DNA of 36,089 bases, from contig DF237703.1 of NCBI GenBank assembly GCA_000708835.1, positions 1-36,089 of the forward strand, written 5' to 3'. Below are positions 1 through 11,429 of this stretch, in pieces. Below the pieces are notes generated by a model. That model was given only the letters and a program-made list of their open reading frames with translations. It searched no databases and had not been told where the DNA came from. Source of the DNA: Klebsormidium nitens (Eukaryota > Plantae > Klebsormidiophyceae). Each line of letters begins with the position of its first letter. Within the stretch, counting starts at the first letter, position 1. The translations under genes and the position numbers were made by a program.

Positions 1-1828
1 AGGCAAGTGATGACGTGCCAATTCCCTTGCACGCAAAACACATTGGCGGCGTGGAGGCGCTGCAAGTGCCGTAGGTCTCCCTCTGCTCTCTCATGCAGCA
101 TGCACATCACCGAGCATGCAATGCTCATGACCATTGTGACTTCTCCCTTTCTCGAGGCTTCGGCTCCGATCATGCACAACACATGCGCTGACAACGCTTC
201 TTCCCGCACTCACTTGAAAGGAGGAGAACCTCCGCCACAGTTCACAATTCTTGCTGCCAATAGCTCGCTGCACTATGCAATGAACACTAGCGCCCTGTGC
301 TCGATGCACCTAGCTATGGAAACTTGCCTAAGAGAAGTGAAGGGATCACCTCTCGTCGGCCCTATGGGTTCGACCGGCACGAGTCTCAATCATGGGCTCA
401 GGTCTCGTACCCTAGACTCGGCCGGTAATCTCGGCGGTCTGCCACTAACCACACCCTAGTGGACTACCCTGGACTCTACCTGCGGGGCGCGCGCCACGCT
501 CGCAAGCCGGCCGCGGCTCGCCCTATCGCCGCCACGTGGCACGTCTGCGCCACGTGTCGCTATCTGGACACTACCCGGCACGGACCGCCCTCGGCATGGC
601 AACCCGGCCAGCTCCAAGCTACCTTGGCCGTTACCGTCCCGACAGGCCTATACCGGGTACCAATCCCTTAAGTTGCAAACCTTGGTCTGCAAGTCCACGC
701 CCAAACTTAACTGAACTCGAGTAACCCCGAACAACTCACAATTCCTAAATCCCATCTTAACCTCGAAAAAGCCTCCCATGGCCTATTCATGCCAAATTCG
801 GGGTCTCGGTGACGGTCCAAAACGAGGCTTCGCTGACGTTCGTCAAATCCGAAAACTGCAGGGTTTCAGCAACCCCGTAACCCTTATCCAAACCGCATCG
901 GGTCCCGGGTTTTGGGTTTGGGATGCCGTACGTCAGCTTAATTGAATTGTGTACACCACACGCGTACAAATTGGAAAAGACCGCTCGATCGGCAACTCGT
1001 TGCCTTCATCGTTCCTCATGTGCGTCCGACAACGACAACCCTTTTTGCAATTGACATCCGACCAAACTCCCAAGCCTAATAAAGGGCTGGGTGACGTTTT
1101 TTGCAGATTTTGGACATCCGGGATGTGCCCAAAGTCAGCAGAGACTCGGTCCGAATAGCCCAAAGCGGATGTCGGATGTCAACAAGTTCAAGACCCGGGT
1201 GCGCAATTTGCCTAAGAAACCCCACATCCCGATTTCGGTCAGATTTTCATTAGAATAATAAAATGGAAATGAATCTTTTGGAGGCCCGTGGTACCACATG
1301 GGTCTGTGGATCTCGAAGGAGGCTCGTTCAAGTTGAGAGCGTCCAAGTTGAGAGGTCCAAAAGACCAGATTAAATATCGTATTGGCAGCGGCTTCAAGAT
1401 AGCGATGGCCGCAAACGTAACCAGGACGATTGCGCAATTCTTCATGAAAACTTGAGTCAATTGTTGCCAACATTAGAACACGCATGGAATGATTAAGGAA
1501 GCTAGCATATTATGTTGGAAGTCGTGGTCGGTCAGGCGGCCAAATTGTTTAAGTTGAGGTAGGCCGTTGTTTAGTGGGTACTATTGGCCAAACCGGGCAA
1601 CTGGTTCCGCGAGAATATTTCAGATCGATGCATGAAACCTGGGCAGTAAATTGCCGGCATAGTAGTGCCCCGGTACTGGTTGAAGTGCGCACTAGGGTCT
1701 AGATTGAAGCTAGACTTGGACTCGATATGACTTGAACGTTTGTCATGTGATTGTCATTCATACTAAAAGTTGTTTGGCGAGTGTAAGGCACTCAGTTCTT
1801 TGTGGAGGCCCGACAGTTTCATGTGCGA

Positions 1829-2257
1829 GGCGTGGTCTCATAACACTTTTACAGCGACTGCACGAACGCCGACAATTGAAATGGCGGAGGGGTGGGTCGG
1901 CGGCTGGCGAAAGTGCCCGGTGGACGAGCGGGTAATGGGTCCGGCGGCGGCGGCAGCAGCCGGGAAAAGTACCCCGGGCGGACCCGCCCGCAAATACCAA
2001 GACGGTTTTCAATATATTGTGGTAGATTTAGGCTACTTGACATACGTATGAGATACTAGCAATGGATATGCGCTGATTTCGTACCCAATTAGGCCGTATT
2101 CTGCGTTATAAGCGCAGTTTTTAGGTTCTCAATTGCTGGGGGGTCAGCCTGGCGGCTGGCGTGAAAAGTTTCGCAAAATTCTGGGGGTCGGGGGTGTGGC
2201 GGCCGGCGAATTGTCGGCGTTCGTGCGGTCACTGTCAAAGTGTTGTGAGATCACGCC
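1829..2257. repeat. About 49-bp inverted repeat pair (1829-1877 / 2209-2257) enclosing about 330 bp; possible MITE or non-autonomous DNA transposon remnant
   Basis: GGCGTGGTCTCATAACACTTTTACAGCGACTGCACGAACGCCGACAATT matches the reverse complement of 2209-2257 with about 5 mismatches. No TSD found. Confidence 0.55.
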
Positions 2258-2501
2258 CAGGCTGAGAGTCGGACACTGAATCTTGCCGAGCATAAGCGTT
2301 AGTTCTCAACCCCGATCTCAACATGTTGCAGCCCTTGAAAAAATGCAGAAACGAGCAAGGATACGCTACAGTATTGAGCGACCATTTAACGTCTTTGTTG
2401 CAAATGTCCGGTCAAGACTGGCCATGGTCAGTGCTGCAAATTCTGCAGTACGGCATCGCGAAGTCACTCTGTAAAACCCAGGACTCACGCGCCAAGACTG
2501 C

Positions 2502-2505
2502 CTAT
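2502..2505 (+). other. 4-bp target site duplication CTAT (left copy; right copy 19229-19232)
   Basis: Left flank is C-CTAT|TGTGCTCTCT and right flank is AGAGAATACA|CTAT-G. The duplication does not extend to 5 bp. Confidence 0.85.
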
Positions 2506-3681
2506 TGTGCTCTCTGTATAGGCCCGCTCCATCAAGGGCCGCACCAGGTGTACCGACCAGTGAAAGATTGCCACGTGGCGACAGGAGACAGGTGCAGATA
2601 ATACGCGGCTCCGCAGTCGCGCCTCCGGGGCCTGAACACCGGATCAATTCAGCAGGATCCGGGGTTTAAGGATTAGGACTACGGGGGTGAAACTCCCCGC
2701 GTAGAGTAAACCTTAGCCGTAAGATTGGATTTCAGCGGTCGTTCCATACAGACCGGGGCCGTACGATGACAAGGGTAGATCTTGTCTTTTGATTTCAAAT
2801 AGGAAGTCTAGGCTAAGATGCGCGGAGTAGGTCCAGAATACTACCACAGTGATTAGTTCCGGAGTTCCGTCACCTTGCAAAGTGTTCCAGTACCTCACTG
2901 AGAATCTGCGCTAAGGCTATTTTGGTCCTTGTGCAGGTTCTCCGGAGACCTTCGGGACTTCAGGGAGCAAGTGACAACTCCGGACAGACTCCGTTACTGA
3001 GTAGTTACGTAACTTCATACTCCATTAGCCCGGCTTCTAGGACGATAGGACTTGACGATTAGGCATCCATTCCAACTTCTCTCGCTAGACAGCATCCTTG
3101 TAAAGCGCCGTTGTAGTGAGCAGGAAGGGTCCGCTGCCAGTGTTTTCAGCACGGTACCGCAGTGTAGCAGTGTGTTCTCCGCCAATCTCTTAAGGACACC
3201 GGTCTATAACCGGAAGCATTGTTCATCCGCCAGCCATTTATCCGCAGCTCCATTCAGTCTTTCCAGCGCTATTCAGCAGGTGGCATTCGCATGGCAGGTA
3301 TGTGCACCCATGGCAACCGAAGGGGACCTCCCGATATGGTGGCTTGACATGAGACGGGGCTCAACACGTTTGCAAGGCTGTATGTGTGTGTGGTGAAATT
3401 GAAAGTATTGCATGTGACCTCGACTCCTTAAGCTGGAGCGAGACTCAAATGGTATGGGACATTTGAGCATGTGTTGAATACTACTACTGTTTGCTAGGCT
3501 AGCCTGGTCAAGGGCCTGCCACCATCGACTTCCGCTGCGTAGATGAGATAGTCCCCCGCGGTTTACAGACAGGTACCCCCGGTGACTGTGCTTGTAACCC
3601 CGGAACTACTGCATCGCTACTCGACCTCGCTCTAGTTGCAACCCCGCGGTCAAGTGGGCTTGCTACGGAGGTGGTCCTCTC
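2506..3681 (+). repeat. 5' LTR (1176 bp; ends ...GGTCCTCTC with no terminal CA)
   Basis: Direct repeat of 18041-19217. Manual alignment gives about 19 substitutions and 1 indel (about 98.3% identity). Confidence 0.97.
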
Positions 3682-3692
3682 TGGTATCAGAG
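3682..3692 (+). promoter_or_regulatory. Primer binding site, tRNA-iMet type
   Basis: TGGTATCAGAG directly follows the 5' LTR and is complementary to the 3' end of initiator tRNA-Met (canonical plant PBS TGGTATCAGAGC). Confidence 0.92.
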
Positions 3693-3747
3693 GATTGGTT
3701 CCCTTTCTTCTCGACCTAAAGCAAACAGGTTTGGAAAAAGCAGGAAC

Positions 3748-3860
3748 AACAGGTGGACCCAGCCTTCAAGGGACAAAACAGGTGGACCCAGCCTTCAAGG
3801 GACAAAACAGGTGGACCCAGCCTTCAAGGGGAACAGGTGGACCCAGCCTACAAGGGACAG
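3748..3860 (+). repeat. Tandem repeat, 4 copies of a 29-bp unit in the retroelement leader
   Basis: AACAGGTGGACCCAGCCTTCAAGGGACAA at 3748, 3777, 3806 (26-bp variant) and 3832 (variant). Confidence 0.95.
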
Positions 3861-3935
3861 ATTATAGGTACCTACTTCTCTCTTCAGAGAAATCAGGAGA
3901 CTCCGGATCTGGATACTCAAGAGTCGGTGAGTGCA

Positions 3936-6400
3936 ATGGTGCAGCTCAATGGAGCCCCGGATCACGCTGATGAGATGAGTCTGATTGGAATTCGCACACG
4001 CCGTGGCACTCTACTGCAAGGGGCAACAGAGACCCCGGAACAGGTGAACCAAGACGGCGGAGCTGCCAATATCCAACAGGAAAGTCACTGGGATATCCCC
4101 TCTGCGCGGGACCCCTCTGACGACGTGAGCAGGGACAGGCACGTCTCTGCTACGAACTCCCTGTCTGAGCCCCGGCAGGGCCAGGCTGCGGACGAAGTGC
4201 CCAGGGGGACTCCACCCTTTAAGGAGAACCGGCCCAGCCTAGCCCCTCTCTTGGGCCAAGCCCCGGGGGGGCTTCTCCTCCGAAACAGGAAACTTGAATT
4301 GTTGCAAGGAGGCTACCTGCCCGGGACACAGGGACAGCTGGCGGAGGCAGAGGGCCGAGACCCCCCTCTCCAGGGAGCGAAATTATCGGGAGTACCAGAG
4401 GGCAGAGACCCCGTCCCCGGACTTCACTCGCAGCCGGTGTTACAGGAATGGCAACCGAGATCGACTCTGAACTTGAGCAGGACAGCGGAGCCAGCGTTTG
4501 GTCTCCAGAGCAAAACTTACCAGACGGTGGCACGAGCCACGACGCAGGTCAGTGGGCCAAGTAAAACCCCGGATGACTGGGAAGAGTTCCAGATGTATTT
4601 GACGTTTCAGAAAATGAAGAAGGAAAAGTCTCGGGGAACCGAAGCACAGGACCCGGAGCAGGAGGTTATTAAATACCAATTCGACAGGAGACACAGACTG
4701 CACAGGACTCTAACCCCCGGCAAACGTCGGAGGCCCTGACTCCAACTGCGCAGACTTATGTCTCAGCATCAGCCGGGGTCCAGGACCCCGTACCCCCTCA
4801 GAGGCTCCGGACACCGGAGCGCCTTTGGCACAACTACCACTACGAGGACAACAGAAGGGAGCCAGATCCCCCCCAGTTTGTACCCCCCTTTTCCACTCTG
4901 GCTAGAGCGGTTCGAGACCCCCCAGACAAGCCCCCGGAGGAACCCCCCAGACAACAGCGGGGACAAGCTATGTACCCCGCACAGGTCCCCGGAGGTGGCT
5001 TCCCAGGAGACCCGCCCCCGACGCCCAGCGTGAAGTCTGAACCGGAATCAGCGGTCAGGCCCCGACTTCAGCGAGGGGATGATTCCGCGGAAACCAAACA
5101 GCCTGACAGGACTCCCAGGATCTTTCAGCCCATCAAGGTGGTGACCTACAAGGGGACGAAGAAAGAGGAGGGCTTCCAGGCTCAGCGATTTATCAAGAGA
5201 ATGGAGACCTACCTCTGCAACACCCCGGGCCTCACCGATGGACAGATGGGACTCACGCTTTTCCACAACCTTACATATGGGGCTCAGGATTGGGTACAGT
5301 CTGCCGACGACGCCTACATGGACCTCACCGGCGAGTCGCTCCTCCAAAATTGGGATGCTCTAAAGGAGAAGTTTTTGAACAGGTACGGCTAGACCGACCC
5401 CGCCGAATGCGCCGTCAAACTGGGACAAGTACAACAGGCCAAGGACGAAGCGGTGGGTACCCTTGCTCAGCGCATCCGAGACTTGTTCGTGCAGGCTGAC
5501 GTTACCAACGAGCGACTGAAAGTCCACCATTTCAAGACGGCGCTGCGCAGCCTGCTCCGCGAACAACTTCATACCCGTGGCCCTACGACTTTCGAGCAGG
5601 CCGTCGAGATCGCAGAGGAGCTAGACCGCGGACTCTAGGCCCTGGAGAAAGCCCCGCAGGCAACCCCCAGGATCCCTACCAGGACTCCGGTCAGGGCTCC
5701 CAACTACGTCAGGACAGCGGAGGCCCAGGCCACTGACGATCCCGGCGATGATCCCCCCGAGGAGGACGGTGATACGGTGCGGTTTTCCCAGCAGGGCCTC
5801 CTCCCCGAACCACGCCCCCCGCGCGCGAAAACAACAAGAAAGACGCCCGCAGACTGCGCGACCAGAGGGACGGACCAAGGGAGCCACGGGACAACAAACG
5901 CGAACCACCGCGTGAACAACGCGAACAGCCCCGCGAACAGCGCGAGCCTCACAGGGACCCCAGGGAGCAACGCGACCAGAGAGACCTGCGCGAAAGAAAC
6001 AACGGCGGATGGGGGCGCCCGAGGGACAAGCCCCGCGACTGCTGGAACTGCGGTAAGACAGGTCACTTCAAAGTCGACTGCACGGAGAAGGAGAAGGACG
6101 GCCTAATCCGCTGGACGTGCGGAGACTGCCCCCATCCGGACCAGGACGACTACGAGGCGGAGACCGTCTATGACGACTACGAGTCTCCCTGCATTCTCCA
6201 CTCCACGTTGGACAAAGGGTGGGAAGAGGAGAAGCCAAAGGAGACACCGAGGCGCAGCCCCTCCGCACCACCCCGGCACGTAGCCCCGGCCACAGGAGAA
6301 CCCCCCCGGCGCACTTGCTACTCGTGCGGTCGCCCCGGACAACCAAAGCCGCATGTCTCGGCCGCCTGCCCTAATGGAACCCCCAAACCGGAGCCTAAAG
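3936..6400 (+). pseudogene. gag: gag: long disordered N-terminus, Retrotrans_gag-like capsid region, CCHC nucleocapsid
   Basis: Capsid-like segment FQAQRFIKRMETYL...NWDALKEKFLNRYG*TDPAECAVKLGQVQQAKDEAVGTLAQRIRDLF...FKTALR...PTTFEQAVEIAEELD (4970-5635). Zinc knuckle CWNCGKTGHFKVDC at 6040-6081. In-frame TAG at 5390 and 5636; frameshifts at about 4673-4736 and about 5825. Start at ATG 3936 and fusion of the 3753-4739 ORF to gag are inferences. Confidence 0.85.
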
Positions 6401-7020
6401 TACAGATGGCTACGGGCCCCCTTGGATGGGAGCACGAACCGGAGTTGGACCTTTCCGACGATGACTACTACGAGGAAGACACCTGCGACAACGTCAGGGT
6501 CACCCGCGGCGGCCGCGAGCTACTGGACGAGAGAGGCGCCCGAGTCAAACTCCCCGCCAACCGGGTCCCCATCATGACTACCGGACACATCGTCCCTTTG
6601 CAGGTACCAACAGGAACGTATCGGGGCACGCCCAGCGGCATGCGCCCAGGGCTCCCGGACCGACCCCCGTTGATAGGCAGCCTAACCCCGTCAAGACGAC
6701 CCCGGGGCATCGCCCCGGCCACAGAGAACGCCGCAGGACGAGCGACGTCAGCCCCCCCGGTTCCGTGCCCCTCTGTCTCCGGCACTTTTCCGTTGAGCTG
6801 GTTCCGCTCAGAGGCCTATACGGCTCACGGCAACCCGCAGCTCCTGCAGGATATGGCGCGCACACTGAAGAAGGTTGGACAGGCTAGCACGGCTCCTAAC
6901 CCGGATGACTTCACCGGTGCTGCCAACGTGCGGAACGCCACAGCCTCAGCTGCCTCTTCCCCGCCCACAGAGGACGAGCCGGTGGTCGAACGAGTGTTTG
7001 TCAATCCCCTCATCCGAGAG

Positions 7021-7380
7021 AGCATTGCGTACGTCGCCGCACGCATAGGCGGGGTACGCGGCTTGGAAAGACCAACTTGCATCGACTCCGGCGCGGACGT
7101 CAACGTTATGTCCCTGGAGACCGTCAGAGCCGCAAGTCTGGAGCACAAGTTCCGCCCAGGAACCCCAACTTTTCTGCAGGCAGATGGAAGTAGCACGACC
7201 GCGGCAGGCTGGGTCGACACCGCCGTTGGACTCGGCAAAAATCTTGAGATCTGCGCACGTTTCCTGGTACAAGACAACTTGAACTACGACGTCTTGTTGG
7301 GAACTACCTCCATGAAAAAGGTCAACGGCGTCATCAATTTCCAGAAAGGCAGGTTCGAGTTCCAACTGCCGCGGAGCCAC
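7021..7380 (+). pseudogene. pol: Retropepsin aspartic protease domain, in frame with the gag NC region
   Basis: CIDSGADVNVMS (DSGA at 7084-7095), LQADGS flap and YDVLLG motif. Confidence 0.9.
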
Positions 7381-8581
7381 AAGACCTGCGCTCTCAACCT
7401 CATCACGCCTCCGAAACGCGCACGGGCTCGACCACAAGTCACGGTGATCAATGCAGGAAGACACCGCGTAGGACCGTTTCCGCCGCCGCCAAGCGCTCAC
7501 CTGCTCAGACAGCGGGATGGCGACACCGGGGTACCCCAGCCAGGACTGACCCAGCTCCCTGACGACAGCGACTCTAACGGCGTTCCCTCGCTCCTCTACT
7601 GTAGCGACTCTGACGACGACGACGACGATTGCGGCGGCATGCCAACTCTCCTGCCCCCCTTGCCGACCCACGCCGATCCGGACTGGACGCCCGCCGACCG
7701 CCGGCCCCTTCAGTTCACTTTGTGGGTTCGACCCGACACACCGGCAAATACGGCGGCTGCGCTCGAACGCGCAGGCGACCTCAGGATTGCAGGTCTCGAA
7801 ATCGGGGAGCTGCTCCGGACCGGGCAGCTATAGGTGCGAGAGACGGAGACTCCAGCACGCCAGGTGCTTCCCCCAATAGACTACGACACCGACGAAGACA
7901 TGCCAGAACTTGTGGACGACGAACCCCGGACTCCACCCGCGGTTCCCAACCCCGTCTTCAGCCACAGCGCCTGGCTGTCGGCCCCGACACGCCACGGCAA
8001 AAGGTGGCGCGCCGACTGGAGACGCCCTCACTCGACGACCGTCCGGCAGCTGACTTACATGGACGACACCGTCACGTGGATTCACCAGCCCACAGCGGAC
8101 TCCGAGGAGGACGAGCCGACTCCGGCAGATGCGGAACCCCTGTGCTGCTCGCCCGTCACCATGCCGAAAGATCCACCAGACGAACCAGACCGGGGAATCA
8201 TCCTAACCTCTCCCCAGGCCATGCGCCGGTTTTTCAACACCATGGCACAACAGGGTGACTACAGCGACGAATACGCCACGGCGCAGATCGACACCTACAC
8301 GCAGGCCCATCGCCGCTTCAACGTCGACGAGTTCCTTCACCCTGTCCCAACCAGCCTGCTGGAGAAAATACCCCCGGAGTTTCGCGCCAGCGTCCTTTTG
8401 GCGGAGGCGGAAAGCGAAGCCATCTCCCCCGACCCGGACAGCGGGCAGCGCGATCACGCTGACTGGGACAACAACCCCTTTGGACTCCACCTCCCGGCGG
8501 TCCAGCTAGCAACAGAGTGCGCTCAGGTGGAAGCCCAGTCCCTGCCCCGACTCCCCGACGCAGAACAGTACGTGGGAGGCG

Positions 8582-10010
8582 GTGCGACCCCAGCTACAGA
8601 TTGCGGAGAGTCTAACCGACGAAGAACGGAGGCGGATGACGGAGGTCTTACAGAGACACCCTCACGCCTTCTCCAAAGACCCTTCCGACTTGGGACTCGT
8701 GCGGGGCTTTACCCACAGGATCGACACCGGTGACATCAAGCCCATCAAAAAGGGCAGCCGTGCCCACAGCCCCTTTGAGAAGGAGGAGATTGACAGGCAG
8801 CTCAAACCAATGGAGGACTACAACGTCGTACGCCCCTCGAGCAGCCCCTTTGCGGCCCCGGTAGTGCTCGCCAGGAAGAAGAACGGCAAGTGGCGTTTCT
8901 GCGTCGACTACAGGGACATCAACGCCGCGACCATACCCAACAGCTACCCTCTACCGCGGATTGAGTCGATCTTCTCCAAGCTGGGCCCCGCGAAGCAATT
9001 CACCTCGCTCGACGCACAGTCTGGCTATTGGCAGATACGCATGCACCCAGACGACATCCCAAAGACGGCGTTCCTAACCCACCGCGGTCTGTTCGAGTTT
9101 CTGCGCATGCCCTTTGGGCTGACAGGGGCCTCGGGGACCTACCAGATGGCGATGGACCAGACGCTGAAGGAGGAGATCAACGGACCTAACCCCGTGGTGA
9201 CGCAGTATCTTGACGACACGCTGCTTTACACGGAGCACTTTGACGACCACTTGTTGGCGTTAGACAGAATCCTCACCAAGCTCGAAGCCATCAACCTCAA
9301 GCTCTGCCCCTCGAAGTGTCAATTCGGCGCTGACGAGACGGAGCACTTAGGGCACCTCATCCGGCACAACCAGCTCCTGCCAACCCGGAGAAGGTGCGCG
9401 CGGTGCGCGACTGGTACCGGCCGATCAACCCCACGGAGATCAAGAGTTTCCTCGGCATCCTTGGCTACTACAGGATTTTTATCCCCCGCTTTGCGGCGCT
9501 CGCCAAACCCCTGCACGACCTCACCAAAATCGGAGTCCCTTACATCTGGGGCGATGACCAGGAGCGGGCCTTCTACTTGATGAAGCAGGCGCTGATGGAC
9601 GCGCGGGCGCTCACCCGGCCGGACTACACCAAACCGTTCCTGTTGGACACCGACTTCAGCAAACTCGGCATCGGAGCTACTTTAAGTCAGCTCGACGACG
9701 AGGGCAAGGAGTGCCCCGTCGCGTTCGCTTCCAGGGCGCTACACGGCGGAGAGGTCAACTACTCCGTCACGGACGGGGAGCTGCTAGCGATGGTCTGGGC
9801 GATCACCGACAAGTTCCGCTCCCACCTGTACGGCGGACCAACGTTTACCGTACGAGTCGACCATAATCCGCTGGTCTGGCTGCATCAGCTGACCAACCTC
9901 ACAGGACGGCTCGCCCGCTGGCATTGTAAGCTGCTGGAGTTCAACTTCAAGGTCATCTACCGCCCCGGCCGGCTGCACTCCAACGTCGACCCCCTCTCCA
10001 GGAACCCCGT
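8582..10010 (+). pseudogene. pol: Reverse transcriptase and RNase H (Ty3/Gypsy type), 1-nt frameshift at about 9380
   Basis: RT motifs SSSPFAAPVVLARKKNGKWRFCVDYR, YPLPRI, SLDAQSGYWQI, KTAF, MPFGL and YLDD (9206-9217). RNase H motifs FLLDTDFS..GIGATL, NYSVTDGELLA, VDHNPL, RLARW, YRPG..HSNVDPLSR. Confidence 0.97.
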
Positions 10011-11429
10011 CGAAACCCTTCCCTGGGCCTCCAACGAAGACCCCGACGAACTCCCCAGCTACGCGGCTCCGGACTTCGAGTACCCACCCACCCACCCTCA
10101 TGTCCGGATTTTGCAGGTCGCTTGGGACGGCGACTTCTGCGAGGGATGGAGTTTGAACCACTTGAGCTCTTTACCCCGGTACCCGACAGGGACAAAGAAA
10201 CGGAGATGGAACTCGAAGCCCCGGACGTGAGCCCCGCAGGAGCCCCGGTCAAGACCATACAGGAGGACGAATCAGAGGAAGATCCCCTCAACCGTACAGG
10301 CCGCGACGACTTTTTTCGATGAGGAGACGGATACAATCCCAGACACGGACGAGAACTTGTTCTTCCGACCTTGGTCTGATGACGAGTGCCCAGTGGTGTT
10401 TCATATGACGCTGGAAGACCCCGGACAAGGGGTACAGAGAGCGCAGACGCAGGCACCCGACTTGCCGCCCGCTGAAGACTTGGAACGAGCGCCAGGAACG
10501 GAGTCTCTGGACGAGCCGCCCGACGGAGGAGCCAGCACTAAGGGGAGTCTCAAAGACGCCGCCTGCTGATCACTCCACGCTGCCGCAGACGCAGGCACAG
10601 GAGAGAGAGACACCGGACTTTGGCGGAGACCTTGGAACGCCGCAGTAAACGACTGAAACACAGGCATCCGATCTGCCCATCGCTAACTTCCTTTCACAGG
10701 CACAGACGCAGTCTCTAGACGAGCCGCCCATCGGCGCAATGGAGCCAGCACAGGGGAGCGCCCACGAGACGCCTTCCGCTGACCGCTTCGCGCTTTTGCA
10801 AACGCAGGCACATGAAAGAGAGACGACGTCTACGGAGGAAGAAGAAATGATTGCCATGCTCACGGGCAACCTGGACCAGCATCTCGGCTGGGACACACAG
10901 CAGATTTTGGAAGGTGCCACGCGCTCGACCAGGGCAGACAGGATGAGAAAAGAACCGGAGGGGTTTGACGCTGATGTACTGCAGGTACTAACGAGACAGC
11001 GGAACTTCGTCCGAAACGGAGGATACCAGACCCCGTTGTCCCAGTCGACCCTTGTCGAAAGGGTCGCCATAACCATTCTCACCGCCTGCCCCGGTGTGCC
11101 CCCGGACGAGGTCCTCGCCGAAGCCAAAAAGGCTATCCTGAATATGAGGGAGGACTACACTGAGAACATCATATCTGCGGTCCGAGACAACCTCCGCAAT
11201 CGCAGCCAGCCTGCGCTTAGCGAGGGGATTGAGGAGGGCCCGGCAGCGGAGACCGCGGCCTCAGCGGCTTTTGACCTGACCAACTTACCCCTCCCCGAAC
11301 CAGAGGAATATTTGATTGAGGATCCACAGGTGGTCGCCTACTTGTGCCGGGGTCAGCTCCCAGATCTTACGGAGCTCAACGTCAAGCAGCGAAAGGAAGC
11401 TAGACGACAGATCCGCGACAGGGCCCAGC

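Noticed and set aside
1-720. ORF 7-459, or a related LTR fragment on the minus strand (shares GTATAGGCC and TGCCACGTGGCG words with the LTR start)
   Set aside because: Only short word matches and G-box-like palindromes. No alignable block, terminus or TSD, and the ORF has no recognisable motif.
1051-1182. 12-bp perfect inverted repeat TTGACATCCGAC
   Set aside because: It does not extend and has no TSD, so it is too short to call an element.
2366-3470. ORFs inside the LTRs (2366-2647, 3052-3396, 3273-3470 and their 3' copies)
   Set aside because: Short, no motifs, and duplicated only because the LTR is duplicated.
3748-3860. CRISPR array
   Set aside because: Head-to-tail repeats with no unique spacers, in a eukaryotic retroelement leader with no cas genes.
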